Shown in pieces: positions 27,621-38,363 of a DNA stretch of 49,885 nucleotides. Within the stretch, counting starts at the first letter, position 1. Each line of letters begins with the position of its first letter. A program made the translations under genes and the position numbers. The stretch lies in assembly GCA_027020785.1 (NCBI GenBank), contig JALUVI010000074.1, positions 1-49,885 of the forward strand, read 5' to 3'. The notes below the pieces were generated by a model. That model did no database searches. It saw nothing but the letters and a program-made list of their open reading frames with translations, and had not been told where the DNA came from. The stretch is from Planctomycetota bacterium. GTDB taxonomy: Bacteria; Planctomycetota; UBA1135.

Positions 27621-29015
27621 CTAGAGGGAGAAGACCGCGCTCACGTTGCAGGTGGTCACGTCCACCACCTGCAGGCAGTGCATGCCGCAGCATCGAGCGG
27701 TCGGATTCACGGTGAAGGTCGCCACGCCGTTGGCGTCGGCCTGGGCGACCAGCACCAGGATCGGATTGGTCAGCCCGAGGACCAGCCCTTCGCAGGGCTT
27801 CCCGGCCGGGATCACGAAGCAGCCGCACATCCCGCCGCCGACGAAGACGTCGCCGAAGGGGGTGGCCCCGGTGACCTGGAAGTCCATCGGCCCGGGGCAG
27901 GAGCCGCCGACCAGCTGGAGCTGCAGGTCGCAGGTGCGGTTGAGCCTCACGTCCACCTGGTCGGCGTCGTGGTTGGCCACCGCGAAGTCGAGGGCCCCGC
28001 TGCCGGTGAACTCGCCGACCGCGATCTGGGTCGGCTCGGCCCCGGTGGGCTCGACCTGGGCCGCACCGAAGGTTCCGCCGAGGTTCTCGAGCAGGCTCAT
28101 GTCGTCGGAGTCCAGGTTGCCGACCAGGACGTCGCAATCCCCGTCGCAATCCAGGTCGGCGAGGGTCAGGGTCTCGGAGCCGAGCCCGCCGGTGTCGTAT
28201 TCGGCCTGGGCGTCCCAACTGGTCCCGCCGAGGGATCGGATCACGGCCAGTTTGGCCACCGCGGCGTGGTCCGTGGCCGGGGTCAGCACGTCGTCCAGTC
28301 CGTCGCCGTCCACGTCGCAGGTCGCGACCCGGTGCGGGTAGAGGTTGCCCGTGGAGACGGTGGTCCGATTGCCCCAGGCCGCACCGTCCCAGTACCACAC
28401 GTCGAACTGGCAGTCGTCGTGGTTCATGATCACGACGTCGAGGTCGCCGTCGCCGTCGAAGTCGCCGAAGGCCGCCCCCCACGGCACGTTGCCCCCGGCG
28501 AGGGTGGCCGCGGTGAAGTTGCCGAGGCCGTCGTTGGTGAAGACCGTGGCGTCGTTGGACCCCTGGTTGGCGACGACCAGGTCCTGGTCGCCGTCGCCGT
28601 CGTAGTCGCCGGCGTCCACCGTGACCGGGAGGGCCCCCGTGGGCAGCAGCACCGCGCCGCCGTAGGCGCCGGAGCCGTCGTTGAAGATGACGTGGACCTG
28701 GTCGGTCGCCATGAAGACGGTGGCGGCGTCGAGGTCGCCGTCGCCGTCGAAGTCGGCGAGCACCACTTCACCGGGGTCGCTGCCGGCCGGGTAGGCGAAG
28801 TCTCCGGCGAAGTAGAAGCCGCCCTGGCAGTCGTTGAACCAGCAGTCCAGGCGCTCACCGTCGCCGACCGTGACCACGAGGTCCACGAAGCCGTCGCCGG
28901 AGATGTCGCCGGCGGCGACTCCGAAGGGCCCGGTCTGGACGTCGAACGGGTTGGAGGGATCGAGGTCGAAGCCCTGCGGCGCGAGGGCGAGAGCGAGGGA
29001 GAGGAGGAAGGTCAT
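27621..29015 (-). CDS. Secreted FG-GAP/VCBS-repeat beta-propeller protein with Cys-rich C-terminal domain
   Basis: Seven D(F/Y)DGDG..D-type repeats; signal-like MTFLLSLALALAPQG at ATG 29015; C-terminal ~100 aa with 9 Cys. Confidence 0.88.
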   Translation of the reverse strand: MTFLLSLALALAPQGFDLDPSNPFDVQTGPFGVAAGDISGDGFVDLVVTVGDGERLDCWFNDCQGGFYFAGDFAYPAGSDPGEVVLADFDGDGDLDAATVFMATDQVHVIFNDGSGAYGGAVLLPTGALPVTVDAGDYDGDGDQDLVVANQGSNDATVFTNDGLGNFTAATLAGGNVPWGAAFGDFDGDGDLDVVIMNHDDCQFDVWYWDGAAWGNRTTVSTGNLYPHRVATCDVDGDGLDDVLTPATDHAAVAKLAVIRSLGGTSWDAQAEYDTGGLGSETLTLADLDCDGDCDVLVGNLDSDDMSLLENLGGTFGAAQVEPTGAEPTQIAVGEFTGSGALDFAVANHDADQVDVRLNRTCDLQLQLVGGSCPGPMDFQVTGATPFGDVFVGGGMCGCFVIPAGKPCEGLVLGLTNPILVLVAQADANGVATFTVNPTARCCGMHCLQVVDVTTCNVSAVFSL

Positions 29016-29201
29016 CGAGTCGCTGGGGTCCGAAACCGGCCCCGACCGCCTCACACGGCCGGGACGGAGGAGGGAGGAGGAGTCGGGGGAAGACGATGCG
29101 CTACCCGTCCGCATGGAACGACGGGCCGCCCCGAAGCCTACTACGAACTCGCAATACGCGTTTGATACTCTTCTTCTCGGCCCCACCCCAACGACGCCCA
29201 A

Positions 29202-29225
29202 GATATTAGCGAAAATGCTAATATC
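29202..29225. promoter_or_regulatory. AT-rich perfect palindrome, candidate operator
   Basis: GATATTAGC-GAAAAT-GCTAATATC, about 190 bp upstream of the FG-GAP gene. Confidence 0.55.
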
Positions 29226-29264
29226 CTGCCGGGGTCCCGCGCCTCGATTCCGGCCTCGCCCTGC

Positions 29265-29550
29265 GATGCAGACCACGTTGCCGCCCCGGCGGGTCGTCAG
29301 GTCCACGAGCTGGATGCACGCGTCGCAGCAGCCCGGCCCGACCAAGCCGCTCCCCGGGAGCTCCTCGTCGGCGTCCACCTGGATGGTGGGGAAGACCATG
29401 AGGTCGTTCGCGCCCCCGAGGACCGTGCCCACGCAGGCATGCCCCGGCGGCGGGCCCGCCGACCTCGAGCCGGGAGGTTGGGAAACCGCCCGAACCGACG
29501 TCGAAGCCGACGTAGACCTCGCCGCGGGCGACGCCCTGGGGCGCGAAGTC
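29265..29550 (-). pseudogene. Frameshifted remnant of the Cys-rich C-terminal domain of an FG-GAP-gene paralog
   Basis: Two frames give DFAPQGVARGEVYVGFDVGSGGF and PPGHACVGTVLGGAN...CCDACIQLVDLTT, aligning by eye with the C-terminus of 27621-29015. Confidence 0.65.
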
Positions 29551-29640
29551 GGTGGCATGGCTGGCAGGCGGGCGAACCGGAGCTGGGCCGCCAGGAGGGG
29601 CTCGCGCCGCGGCCCTGCCGCCGGGCTGCCGCCGCCGGGA

Positions 29641-30801
29641 TCAGGGCAGGTCTCGGACCACCAGCACCCCCCGCTCGTCCAGGTGGCGGAGGACGAACTC
29701 GAGGGCCCCCTCGGCGGCGCCGAGCCGCTCCGGGGCCACCACGCCCCGCTCCTCGAAGGCGTCGCCGAGCACCCATTCCACGATGCCGGTGCAGGTGTAG
29801 CCCGTGGTCCGCGCCATGGACGAGGTCCGGGTCTCGGGGTCGCCGGCGTCGCGGAGCTCGTAGCGCACCCGCAGCGGCTCGCCGTCCGGCGTCCGGCCGG
29901 AGACGTCCACCCGCATCACGGTGAACTCGCGGTCGCTGGGGCCGAGCGCCCAGTCGCGGAACAGGATGGCCGAGACCGCATCGCGCGGACGCACCGCGAC
30001 CTCGGCCCCGGAAGCGTCGCGCATCGCGAGCGGGGTCTCGTCGAAGAACCCGGCCCGCGCCAGGCCGAGGACCAGCTCGCGGTGCCCCGGCCAACGCAGC
30101 GTCTTCTCGCGCATGTTGCGCACCTCGGGAAGCGTCCGCAGCAGCGTGCGCAGCCCGTCGGTGAGGAAGGCCTCGAGGGTGCCGATCCCGTCGAAGTCCA
30201 CCAGCTCCGGGTCGCACAGCGCCGGGCGCTCCAGGTCACGGCCGTGCTCGCGCAGGCGCGCCGGGCGCAGGTACTCCTCGATGACGTCGGCCGGGCTGAA
30301 CGGGGCCTTGTACTGGAAGGGCCAGGCGCGCTCGAAGGGCAGCCCCCCCACCAGGCACGCGAAGTCGTCCACCTCCATCCGCGCCGCGTGGTGGCCGAGG
30401 ACGAGGTTGTCCAGCCCCGGCGCGACGCCGGCGTCCACCACCGCGAAGCGCCCGCGCTCCCGCGCCTCGGCGTCGAGCAGGAACGGGTCCTCCGGGAAGA
30501 AGCTGATGTCCACCACGTCCACGTCGGCGCGGATCAGGTTGCCGAGCACGGCGAAGCCGAGGCTGCCGGGCACCGCCGACACCGCGAGGTCGGCGTCGGC
30601 GACCAGCGCCGCCACCGCGGCGCCGTCCAGGGCGTCGAGGACGCCGGTGGCGAGCCGCAGCGACCGGGCGGCGGCGTCCTCCTCCAAGGCGGTCAGCGCG
30701 GCCGCGTCGGCATCGGCGACCCGGACCTCGTGACGCGCGGCGAGGTCGAGGGCGATGGCGCGACCGACGCGCCCGGCACCGAGGACGGCGATCCTGGACA
30801 T
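29641..30801 (-). CDS. Saccharopine dehydrogenase / lysine 6-dehydrogenase family oxidoreductase
   Basis: GAGRVG Rossmann motif, VDISF, DAGVAPGLDN, VGGLP, LEAFLTDGLRTL, EKTLRWPGH, SSMARTTGY. Confidence 0.88.
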   Translation of the reverse strand: MSRIAVLGAGRVGRAIALDLAARHEVRVADADAAALTALEEDAAARSLRLATGVLDALDGAAVAALVADADLAVSAVPGSLGFAVLGNLIRADVDVVDISFFPEDPFLLDAEARERGRFAVVDAGVAPGLDNLVLGHHAARMEVDDFACLVGGLPFERAWPFQYKAPFSPADVIEEYLRPARLREHGRDLERPALCDPELVDFDGIGTLEAFLTDGLRTLLRTLPEVRNMREKTLRWPGHRELVLGLARAGFFDETPLAMRDASGAEVAVRPRDAVSAILFRDWALGPSDREFTVMRVDVSGRTPDGEPLRVRYELRDAGDPETRTSSMARTTGYTCTGIVEWVLGDAFEERGVVAPERLGAAEGALEFVLRHLDERGVLVVRDLP

Positions 30802-30810
30802 GGCCGAATC

Positions 30811-31599
<789 letters not shown>

Positions 31600-31626
31600 G
31601 CGATTCGGGACTTCGGCTTCGGGACT

Positions 31627-32535
31627 TCAGGGGGAGTCGGTCGGGGTGCGCGCGGCGCCGCGGGCCAGCGGGCGGCCGAGCACGGCCTCCAGGAACCGGA
31701 CCGCCTCGTCGAGCGCGGCCGGGTCCACCCGGGAGGCGAAGCCCGCGGCGCGGGCCCAGGCGACCAGCGCGCCGGTGGCGAGGTTGCCGGCGGCGCCCGG
31801 CGCGAAGGGGCAGCCGCCGGTGCCGCCCGCGGAGGCGTCGAAGCGGCGCACGCCCCGTTCGGCGGCGGCGGCGCAGGCCTCGAGCGCGCGGCCGCGGGTG
31901 TCGTGGACGTGGAGCCCGAGCCGGGCGACGTCCCAGGTCTCGAGCACCGGCCCGAGCACGGCCTCGACCTCGGCCCGCCCGGCGGCGCCGACGGTGTCGG
32001 CCAACACCAGGACGTCGGGGCGCGGCCCCTCGGCGAAGGCCGCGGCGACCTCGGCCACCGCGGCGACGGGCGGCGCGTCGTCCTCGGGGCCGCCGAAGGC
32101 CATGGACAGGTAGAGACGCACCGGCACCCCGGCCTCGGCGCAGGCCGCGAGCAGCTCGCGGTTCACCGCGACGGCGCGCTCACGGTCCATCCCGGCGTTG
32201 CGTCGGCTGAACTCCTGCGACACCCCGACCACCGCGGTGACGCCGTCGAGCCCGCTGCGGCGGAAGCGCTCCCAGCCGCGCAGGTTCAGCACCAGGCCGT
32301 AGAGCGGCAGGCCCGCACGCCACGGCGCGTCGCGGATCAGCGCGCACAGCTCGTCGGCGTCGGCGAGCTGGGGCACGGCGTCGGGGCGCACGAAGCTCGT
32401 GACCTCGAGCGAATCGGGGCGCGCCGCGGCGAGCAGTTCCAGCAACCGCAGCTTCTGCGCCACGGTCAGCACGCGCTCCTCGTTCTGGAGCCCGTCCCGC
32501 GGCGCCACCTCGTGGACCTCGATGCTCTCCGCCAT
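31627..32535 (-). CDS. Hydroxymethylglutaryl-CoA lyase
   Basis: EVAPRDGLQNE, SFVRP..VPQLAD, LADTVG, HVHDTRG, GTGGCPFAPGAAGNLAT. Confidence 0.92.
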   Translation of the reverse strand: MAESIEVHEVAPRDGLQNEERVLTVAQKLRLLELLAAARPDSLEVTSFVRPDAVPQLADADELCALIRDAPWRAGLPLYGLVLNLRGWERFRRSGLDGVTAVVGVSQEFSRRNAGMDRERAVAVNRELLAACAEAGVPVRLYLSMAFGGPEDDAPPVAAVAEVAAAFAEGPRPDVLVLADTVGAAGRAEVEAVLGPVLETWDVARLGLHVHDTRGRALEACAAAAERGVRRFDASAGGTGGCPFAPGAAGNLATGALVAWARAAGFASRVDPAALDEAVRFLEAVLGRPLARGAARTPTDSP

Positions 32536-32568
32536 GTGCTCGCGCCCGCGCCCGGGCGGGGCCGCATT

Positions 32569-33303
32569 CTACGTCCGGGCCCGGCGCCGGGCGGCGCGCT
32601 TGCGGACCTGGAGGTTGAGGAACTCGACCGCCACCGAGAAGCCCATCGCGAAGTACACGTAGCCGCGCGGCACGTGGAAGCCGGTTCCGTCGGCGATCAG
32701 CACCACGCCGATCAGGATGAGGAAGGCCAGCGCCAGCATCTTCAGGGTCGGATGCCGACGCACGAAGGAGGACAGCGGCCCGGCCACGGTGAGCATCGCC
32801 GCCACCGCGAGCAGGATGGCGATGACCATGATCGCCAGCTCCTCGACCAGGCCGACCGCGGTCAGCACCGAGTCGAGCGAGAACACCAGGTCGAGCAGCA
32901 TCACCTGGGCGACCACGCCGGCGAAGGAGACGCGCCGCCTGCCGCCGCCGTGCGCCTCCTCGGCGCCGCCGCTCTCGATCATGCCGTGGATCTCGCTGGT
33001 CGCCTTGCCGATCAGGAACAGGCCGCCGGCGAACAGGACGAGGTCGTGCCAGGTGACGACGCGCCCCGCCACGGCGAAGGCCTCGCGGTCCAGGCCGAGG
33101 ATCCACGACAGCGCGAGCAGGAGGAGGACGCGCATCAGCGCGGCGCCGAGCAGGCCGACGCGCTGCGCCCGCGGCCGCTCCGCCGCCGGCAGGCGGTCGG
33201 TGACGATGGCGAGGAAGACCAGGTTGTCCACGCCGAGCACGAGTTCGAGCGAGGTCAGGGTGAAGAGGGCGATCCAGGCCTCGGGTTCGGCGAGCCAGCT
33301 CAT
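32569..33303 (-). CDS. TerC family integral membrane protein
   Basis: LELVLGVDNL, GGLFLIGKATSEIH, LDLVFSLDSVLTAVG, HPTLKMLALAFL, PRGYVYFAM. Confidence 0.93.
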   Translation of the reverse strand: MSWLAEPEAWIALFTLTSLELVLGVDNLVFLAIVTDRLPAAERPRAQRVGLLGAALMRVLLLLALSWILGLDREAFAVAGRVVTWHDLVLFAGGLFLIGKATSEIHGMIESGGAEEAHGGGRRRVSFAGVVAQVMLLDLVFSLDSVLTAVGLVEELAIMVIAILLAVAAMLTVAGPLSSFVRRHPTLKMLALAFLILIGVVLIADGTGFHVPRGYVYFAMGFSVAVEFLNLQVRKRAARRRART

Positions 33304-34397
33304 CGGGGCGGAAGGGTCCGGGGAAGGGAGGGAGGGATGGAGGCGAGGAGCGCCTCCAGACGGTCCACGTGACGCTCCAGCGCGAAGTCGCGGCGCAACG
33401 CGGCTGCGTCGGCGGCGACCCGCTCGGGGTCGGCCGCCGCGGCGGCCAGGAGTTCGAGGGCGGCGGCGGCGGCGGCCTCGGGGTCGTCGCGCGGCACGCG
33501 GCGGACCAGCGACTCGGGCAGGAGGTCGGCGGCCCCGCACGCGGGGGTGGTGACCACGGGCACGCCCACCGCGGCGGCCTCCAGGCAGACCAGCGAGAAG
33601 GAGTCGTAGGCGGTGGGATGGACCAGGAGGTCGGCGCGCGGCAGGGCGGCGCGGAAGGCGCCGTCCCAGCCGTGGAGGACGACGTCGTCGGCGAGGTCGG
33701 CGAGGCCTTCGCCGAGGACGGCGCGCGAGGGGCGCCGGGTCCACCCCTCGAAGCGCACGTGGCCGAGGCGGCGGCGCAGGGCGCGGGCCCAGGCCAGGGC
33801 GGGGCGCATCCCGTGGCGGGCGGCGTCGCGGCCGCAGTGGAGCACGCGCAGCGGACGCAGGTCGCTGGCCCGCTCCGGCGGGCGCGGCGGGTGGAGCCGC
33901 GGTCGGGGGTCCTCGAGGAGGGGCAGCGGCAGGAGCTCGCCGCGCACCGCCGGCGCGCAGTCGCGGAGCTCCCGCAGCACGCGGGGCGAGGGCGCGAGCA
34001 CCAACGCCGCCCGGCGGGCCGCCTCGCGGGCCCGCTCGGCGAGGGCGCGGCGGCGCGCGGAGACGTCGGGGGCGGGGGCGGGCAGCCCGCCCATCGGCAG
34101 GAGGGCCGCCCCGGGCAGACCGGCGGCGCGCAGGTCGAGGACGCGATCGGGGGCCAGGCTCCGCAGCCGCCGCGCCGCCGCCGCCGCGAAGGCTGCGTCG
34201 CGCCGGGAACGGCCTGGGCGCCAGAGCGGGGCCAGGGGGACGGGGCACACCCCGGCCGGCGGACGGCGGGAGGCCCGGCGGGCGACCAGGAAGACCTCGT
34301 GGCCCCGCGCCGCGAGTCGCGGGGCGACCGCCCTCGTCCAGGCCTCCAGCCCCCCGCCGCGGGGATGCCAACGGTCGACCAGGACGGCGAGGCGCAC
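33300..34397 (-). CDS. Glycosyltransferase family 4 (WaaG/RfaG-like)
   Basis: GGLE, GHEV, PTAYDSFSLVCLEAAAVGVPVVTT; paired with an LPS kinase. Confidence 0.85.
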   Translation of the reverse strand: MRLAVLVDRWHPRGGGLEAWTRAVAPRLAARGHEVFLVARRASRRPPAGVCPVPLAPLWRPGRSRRDAAFAAAAARRLRSLAPDRVLDLRAAGLPGAALLPMGGLPAPAPDVSARRRALAERAREAARRAALVLAPSPRVLRELRDCAPAVRGELLPLPLLEDPRPRLHPPRPPERASDLRPLRVLHCGRDAARHGMRPALAWARALRRRLGHVRFEGWTRRPSRAVLGEGLADLADDVVLHGWDGAFRAALPRADLLVHPTAYDSFSLVCLEAAAVGVPVVTTPACGAADLLPESLVRRVPRDDPEAAAAAALELLAAAAADPERVAADAAALRRDFALERHVDRLEALLASIPPSLPRTLPPR

Positions 34398-34401
34398 CGG
34401 T

Positions 34402-35265
34402 TCAGCCGTAGCGGGGCACGTGGGCGGCCAGGGCGCGCTCCTTGCGGACGACCTCGCGGGCGCAGCGCTTGGCCCGCGGGTCGAGCCGCGTCTTGCAGAG
34501 GTAGAGGAGGAGGAAGCGCAGGCGGTCGGTGCGGGTCACGGTGGGCGGCGCGCCGTGGTGCAGCGCGGCCAGGTCCTTGACCAGCCAGCGCCGCCGCGGC
34601 GGATGGGAACGTTCGACCCGCTCCAGGTCGATGAAGTAGGGCCGCCCCCACCGCGGGTCGTCGGCGACCACGAGGTGACAGGGGTAGAGGTCCTTGTGGT
34701 AGAAGCCGGCGGCGTGGAAGCGCCGGATCATGCCGGCGACGTCGCGCAACACGGCGTCGCGGGCGCCGCGCTCGCCGAGCCCGTGGGGGTCGGGATAGCC
34801 GTCGGCGAGCAGCGCGTCCAGGGGGCGGCCGGGCACCTCGCTGGTGATCACGAAGCTGCGCGGCGGACGGCCCCACGGCGTCGGGGTCTCGCCGAAGGCC
34901 ACCGGGTCGGGCACGTCGAAGCCGGTGCGGCGCAACGCCATCAACGCCGACCACTCGTGCCGGGCCGGGCTCTCCGACCGCCAGGGCAGGAGCCGACGGC
35001 GCAGCGGGACTGCGTGGTGGACCTTGAGGTAGAGGACGCGGTCGCGAGCGACGACCCGCCAGGTCTTGCGGGGGCCGGCGTCGCGGACCAGCTCGCCGTC
35101 ACGGAAGGCCAGTGCGCCCTCGAGGGTGTCGAGGCCGAGCTCCCGCAGGAGCGGCACGGCCTCCTCGTCGGCCAGCACCCGCCCCTGGTCGAGCTGGACC
35201 GTGGGCCGCAGGCGCTGCCGGTACTGCCGGAAGTCGCGGGGCCGAGCCGCGGAGGCCTCGTCCAT
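34402..35265 (-). CDS. Lipopolysaccharide kinase (WaaP/InaA/Kdo family)
   Basis: [45 protein letters not shown]; ATG at 35265. Confidence 0.88.
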   Translation of the reverse strand: MDEASAARPRDFRQYRQRLRPTVQLDQGRVLADEEAVPLLRELGLDTLEGALAFRDGELVRDAGPRKTWRVVARDRVLYLKVHHAVPLRRRLLPWRSESPARHEWSALMALRRTGFDVPDPVAFGETPTPWGRPPRSFVITSEVPGRPLDALLADGYPDPHGLGERGARDAVLRDVAGMIRRFHAAGFYHKDLYPCHLVVADDPRWGRPYFIDLERVERSHPPRRRWLVKDLAALHHGAPPTVTRTDRLRFLLLYLCKTRLDPRAKRCAREVVRKERALAAHVPRYG

Positions 35266-35321
35266 GGGGCCATCCTCCCAGGACCCGCGGGGGGACTCAA
35301 GCCCGAACCGGCGGCCCCGGG

Positions 35322-35570
35322 CGGAAACTGGCTCCGATTGGTGTTCCGAGTGTCCTCGGCGCGGGAGCGCGTTCCGGGACGACTGCGCGAGGACGCACCC
35401 CGTCCGCCGCGGGCTCCTCCCCCGTCGCGCCCGGGGCGGCCCGACCCCGTCCCGGGGCCCGCCCGGCCCCGGGACGGCAGGTCCGACCCCCTGGTCACGA
35501 GAGGAGACGAACGAGCGGGGCCGAGGTCGCACCTCGACACGGCCGACCCACTCATCGTGGCCAGTTTCCG
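35322..35570. repeat. 249-bp non-coding element with terminal inverted repeats (copy 2)
   Basis: CGGAAACTGGC (35322-35332) and GCCAGTTTCCG (35560-35570); interior similar to the reverse complement of 16992-17230. Confidence 0.75.
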
Positions 35571-35678
35571 AGGAGGTTCCCGTCGCGCCGGGGCGGGGCT
35601 AACCTTTGCGCTCTCCGGCCCCTGTCGTCACCCCCTCCCGCGGGTCCGCCCCTCCACCGTCCTCCCAGGCAAGGCACC

Positions 35679-36948
<1,270 letters not shown>

Positions 36949-36956
<8 letters not shown>

Positions 36957-38256
36957 TTCACCGCTCCCCCCGTTCGACCCCGCCGAGGAGCCGCAGGCGC
37001 CGACGCCGACCCTCGACCCGGACGACCCCTTCGCCTCCATGATGGAGCGCTACGACGAGGCCGCAGCGATGCTCGGCCTGTCGCCGGACAGCTACTCGGT
37101 GCTGCGCAAGCCCGACTACGAGTTCCGCTTCGCCGTGCCGGTCCTCGACGAGCACGGCGAGATCGAGGTCCACCACGGCTGGCGCATCCGACACAACCTG
37201 TCGCTGGGGCCGTGCCTCGGCGGGCTCCGGCTGGACCGCAACGTGACCTCCGAGGAGCTGCGCGCGCTCGCCGCCTGGACGACCTGGAAGTGCGCCACCC
37301 TGAACATCCCGTTCGGCGGCAGCATGGGCGGCATGGACTACGACCCGCGGGGGCGCGCCCGCGAGGTCACCGAACGCGCGGTGCGGCGCTACACCGCCGG
37401 CGCCCTCGACTTCCTGGGCCCGGACCGGGACGTCCTCATCCCCGACCTCCACTGCGACGAGCAGATCATGGCGTGGTGCCTCGACACCTACTCGATGCAC
37501 GTGCGCCACACCGAGAACGCGGTGGTGCTGGGCAAGCCGCTCGGCCTCGGCGGCACCCACGGGCGTGACTGGGCCATCGGCCGCGGCGTGCGGCTCCTGA
37601 TGGAGCGCCGCCTCGCCGAGATGGGCTTCCAGGGGCGGGCCCGGGTCGTGGTCCAGGGCGCCGGCCGGGTCGGCTCGCAGGTGCTGCGCGAACTCGTGGC
37701 CCACGGCCACCTCGTGATCGGCGTCGGCGACGCCCGCGCCAGCTTCCACAGCGAGTCGGGCATCGACGTCGAGGCGCTGCTCGCCTGGCGCGAGGAGCAC
37801 GGCACCCTGGAAGGCTTCCGCGGCGGCGACCTCATCGGCGGCGAGGAGCTGCTGGAGCTGCCCTGCGACGTCCTCATCCCGGCCGCCCTGTCGCGCCAGT
37901 TGACCGGACAGAACGCCGCCCGGATCCACGCCAAGCTGGTGGTCGAGGCCGCCAACGCTCCGACCACCAAGAAGGCCGACGAGATCCTCCAGGAGCGGGG
38001 CATCCCGGTGGTCCCCGATCTGCTCGGCAACGCCGGCGCCCTCCTCATCGCCTACTTCGAGTGGGTCCAGAACCGGATGGGCTACCAGTGGACCGAGGAA
38101 CAGGTGGAGGACCGGCTGGTCCGGATGGTGATGGACGCCTACGAGCGCTCCCGACGGGCCGCGGCCGAGCACAAGGTCAACCTGCGGCTGGCCGCGTGCA
38201 TGCTCGGCGTCCAGCAGGTGGCCTTCTTCGACGAGCTGCGCGGCATCTACGCATGA
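36949..38256 (+). CDS. Glutamate dehydrogenase-like paralog with degenerate active site (putative regulatory subunit)
   Basis: Full-length GDH fold but [14 protein letters not shown] and LLIAYFEW replace the catalytic motifs; 8-bp overlap with the upstream gene. Confidence 0.88.
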
Positions 38257-38363
38257 GGCGGCCCCTCGGGCGGCGCGATTCCGGCTCCAGTTCGGGGAAG
38301 CATCCGGCCGATGGGAGCGTCACAACCGCGTCGGGTCGCCGCCGCCCGTCCACCCCGCCCAAG

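Noticed and set aside
29202-29225. CIRCE (HrcA) element
   Set aside because: CIRCE is TTAGCACTC-N9-GAGTGCTAA; only TTAGC/GCTAA match, with the wrong spacing, and the site is far from hsp20.
29016-29558. 181-codon in-frame N-terminal extension of the FG-GAP ORF
   Set aside because: The signal peptide begins at ATG 29015; the extension crosses an AT-rich regulatory patch and a pseudogene relic, so the open frame is probably incidental.
31604-31628. Direct repeat TTCGGGACTTC x2 between the HMG-CoA lyase and enoyl-CoA hydratase genes
   Set aside because: Only two short units; not a CRISPR array or a supportable regulatory site.
38286-38314. Possible sigma-28 promoter (TCCAG...GCCGATGG)
   Set aside because: Weak -35 match and spacing longer than the FliA consensus.
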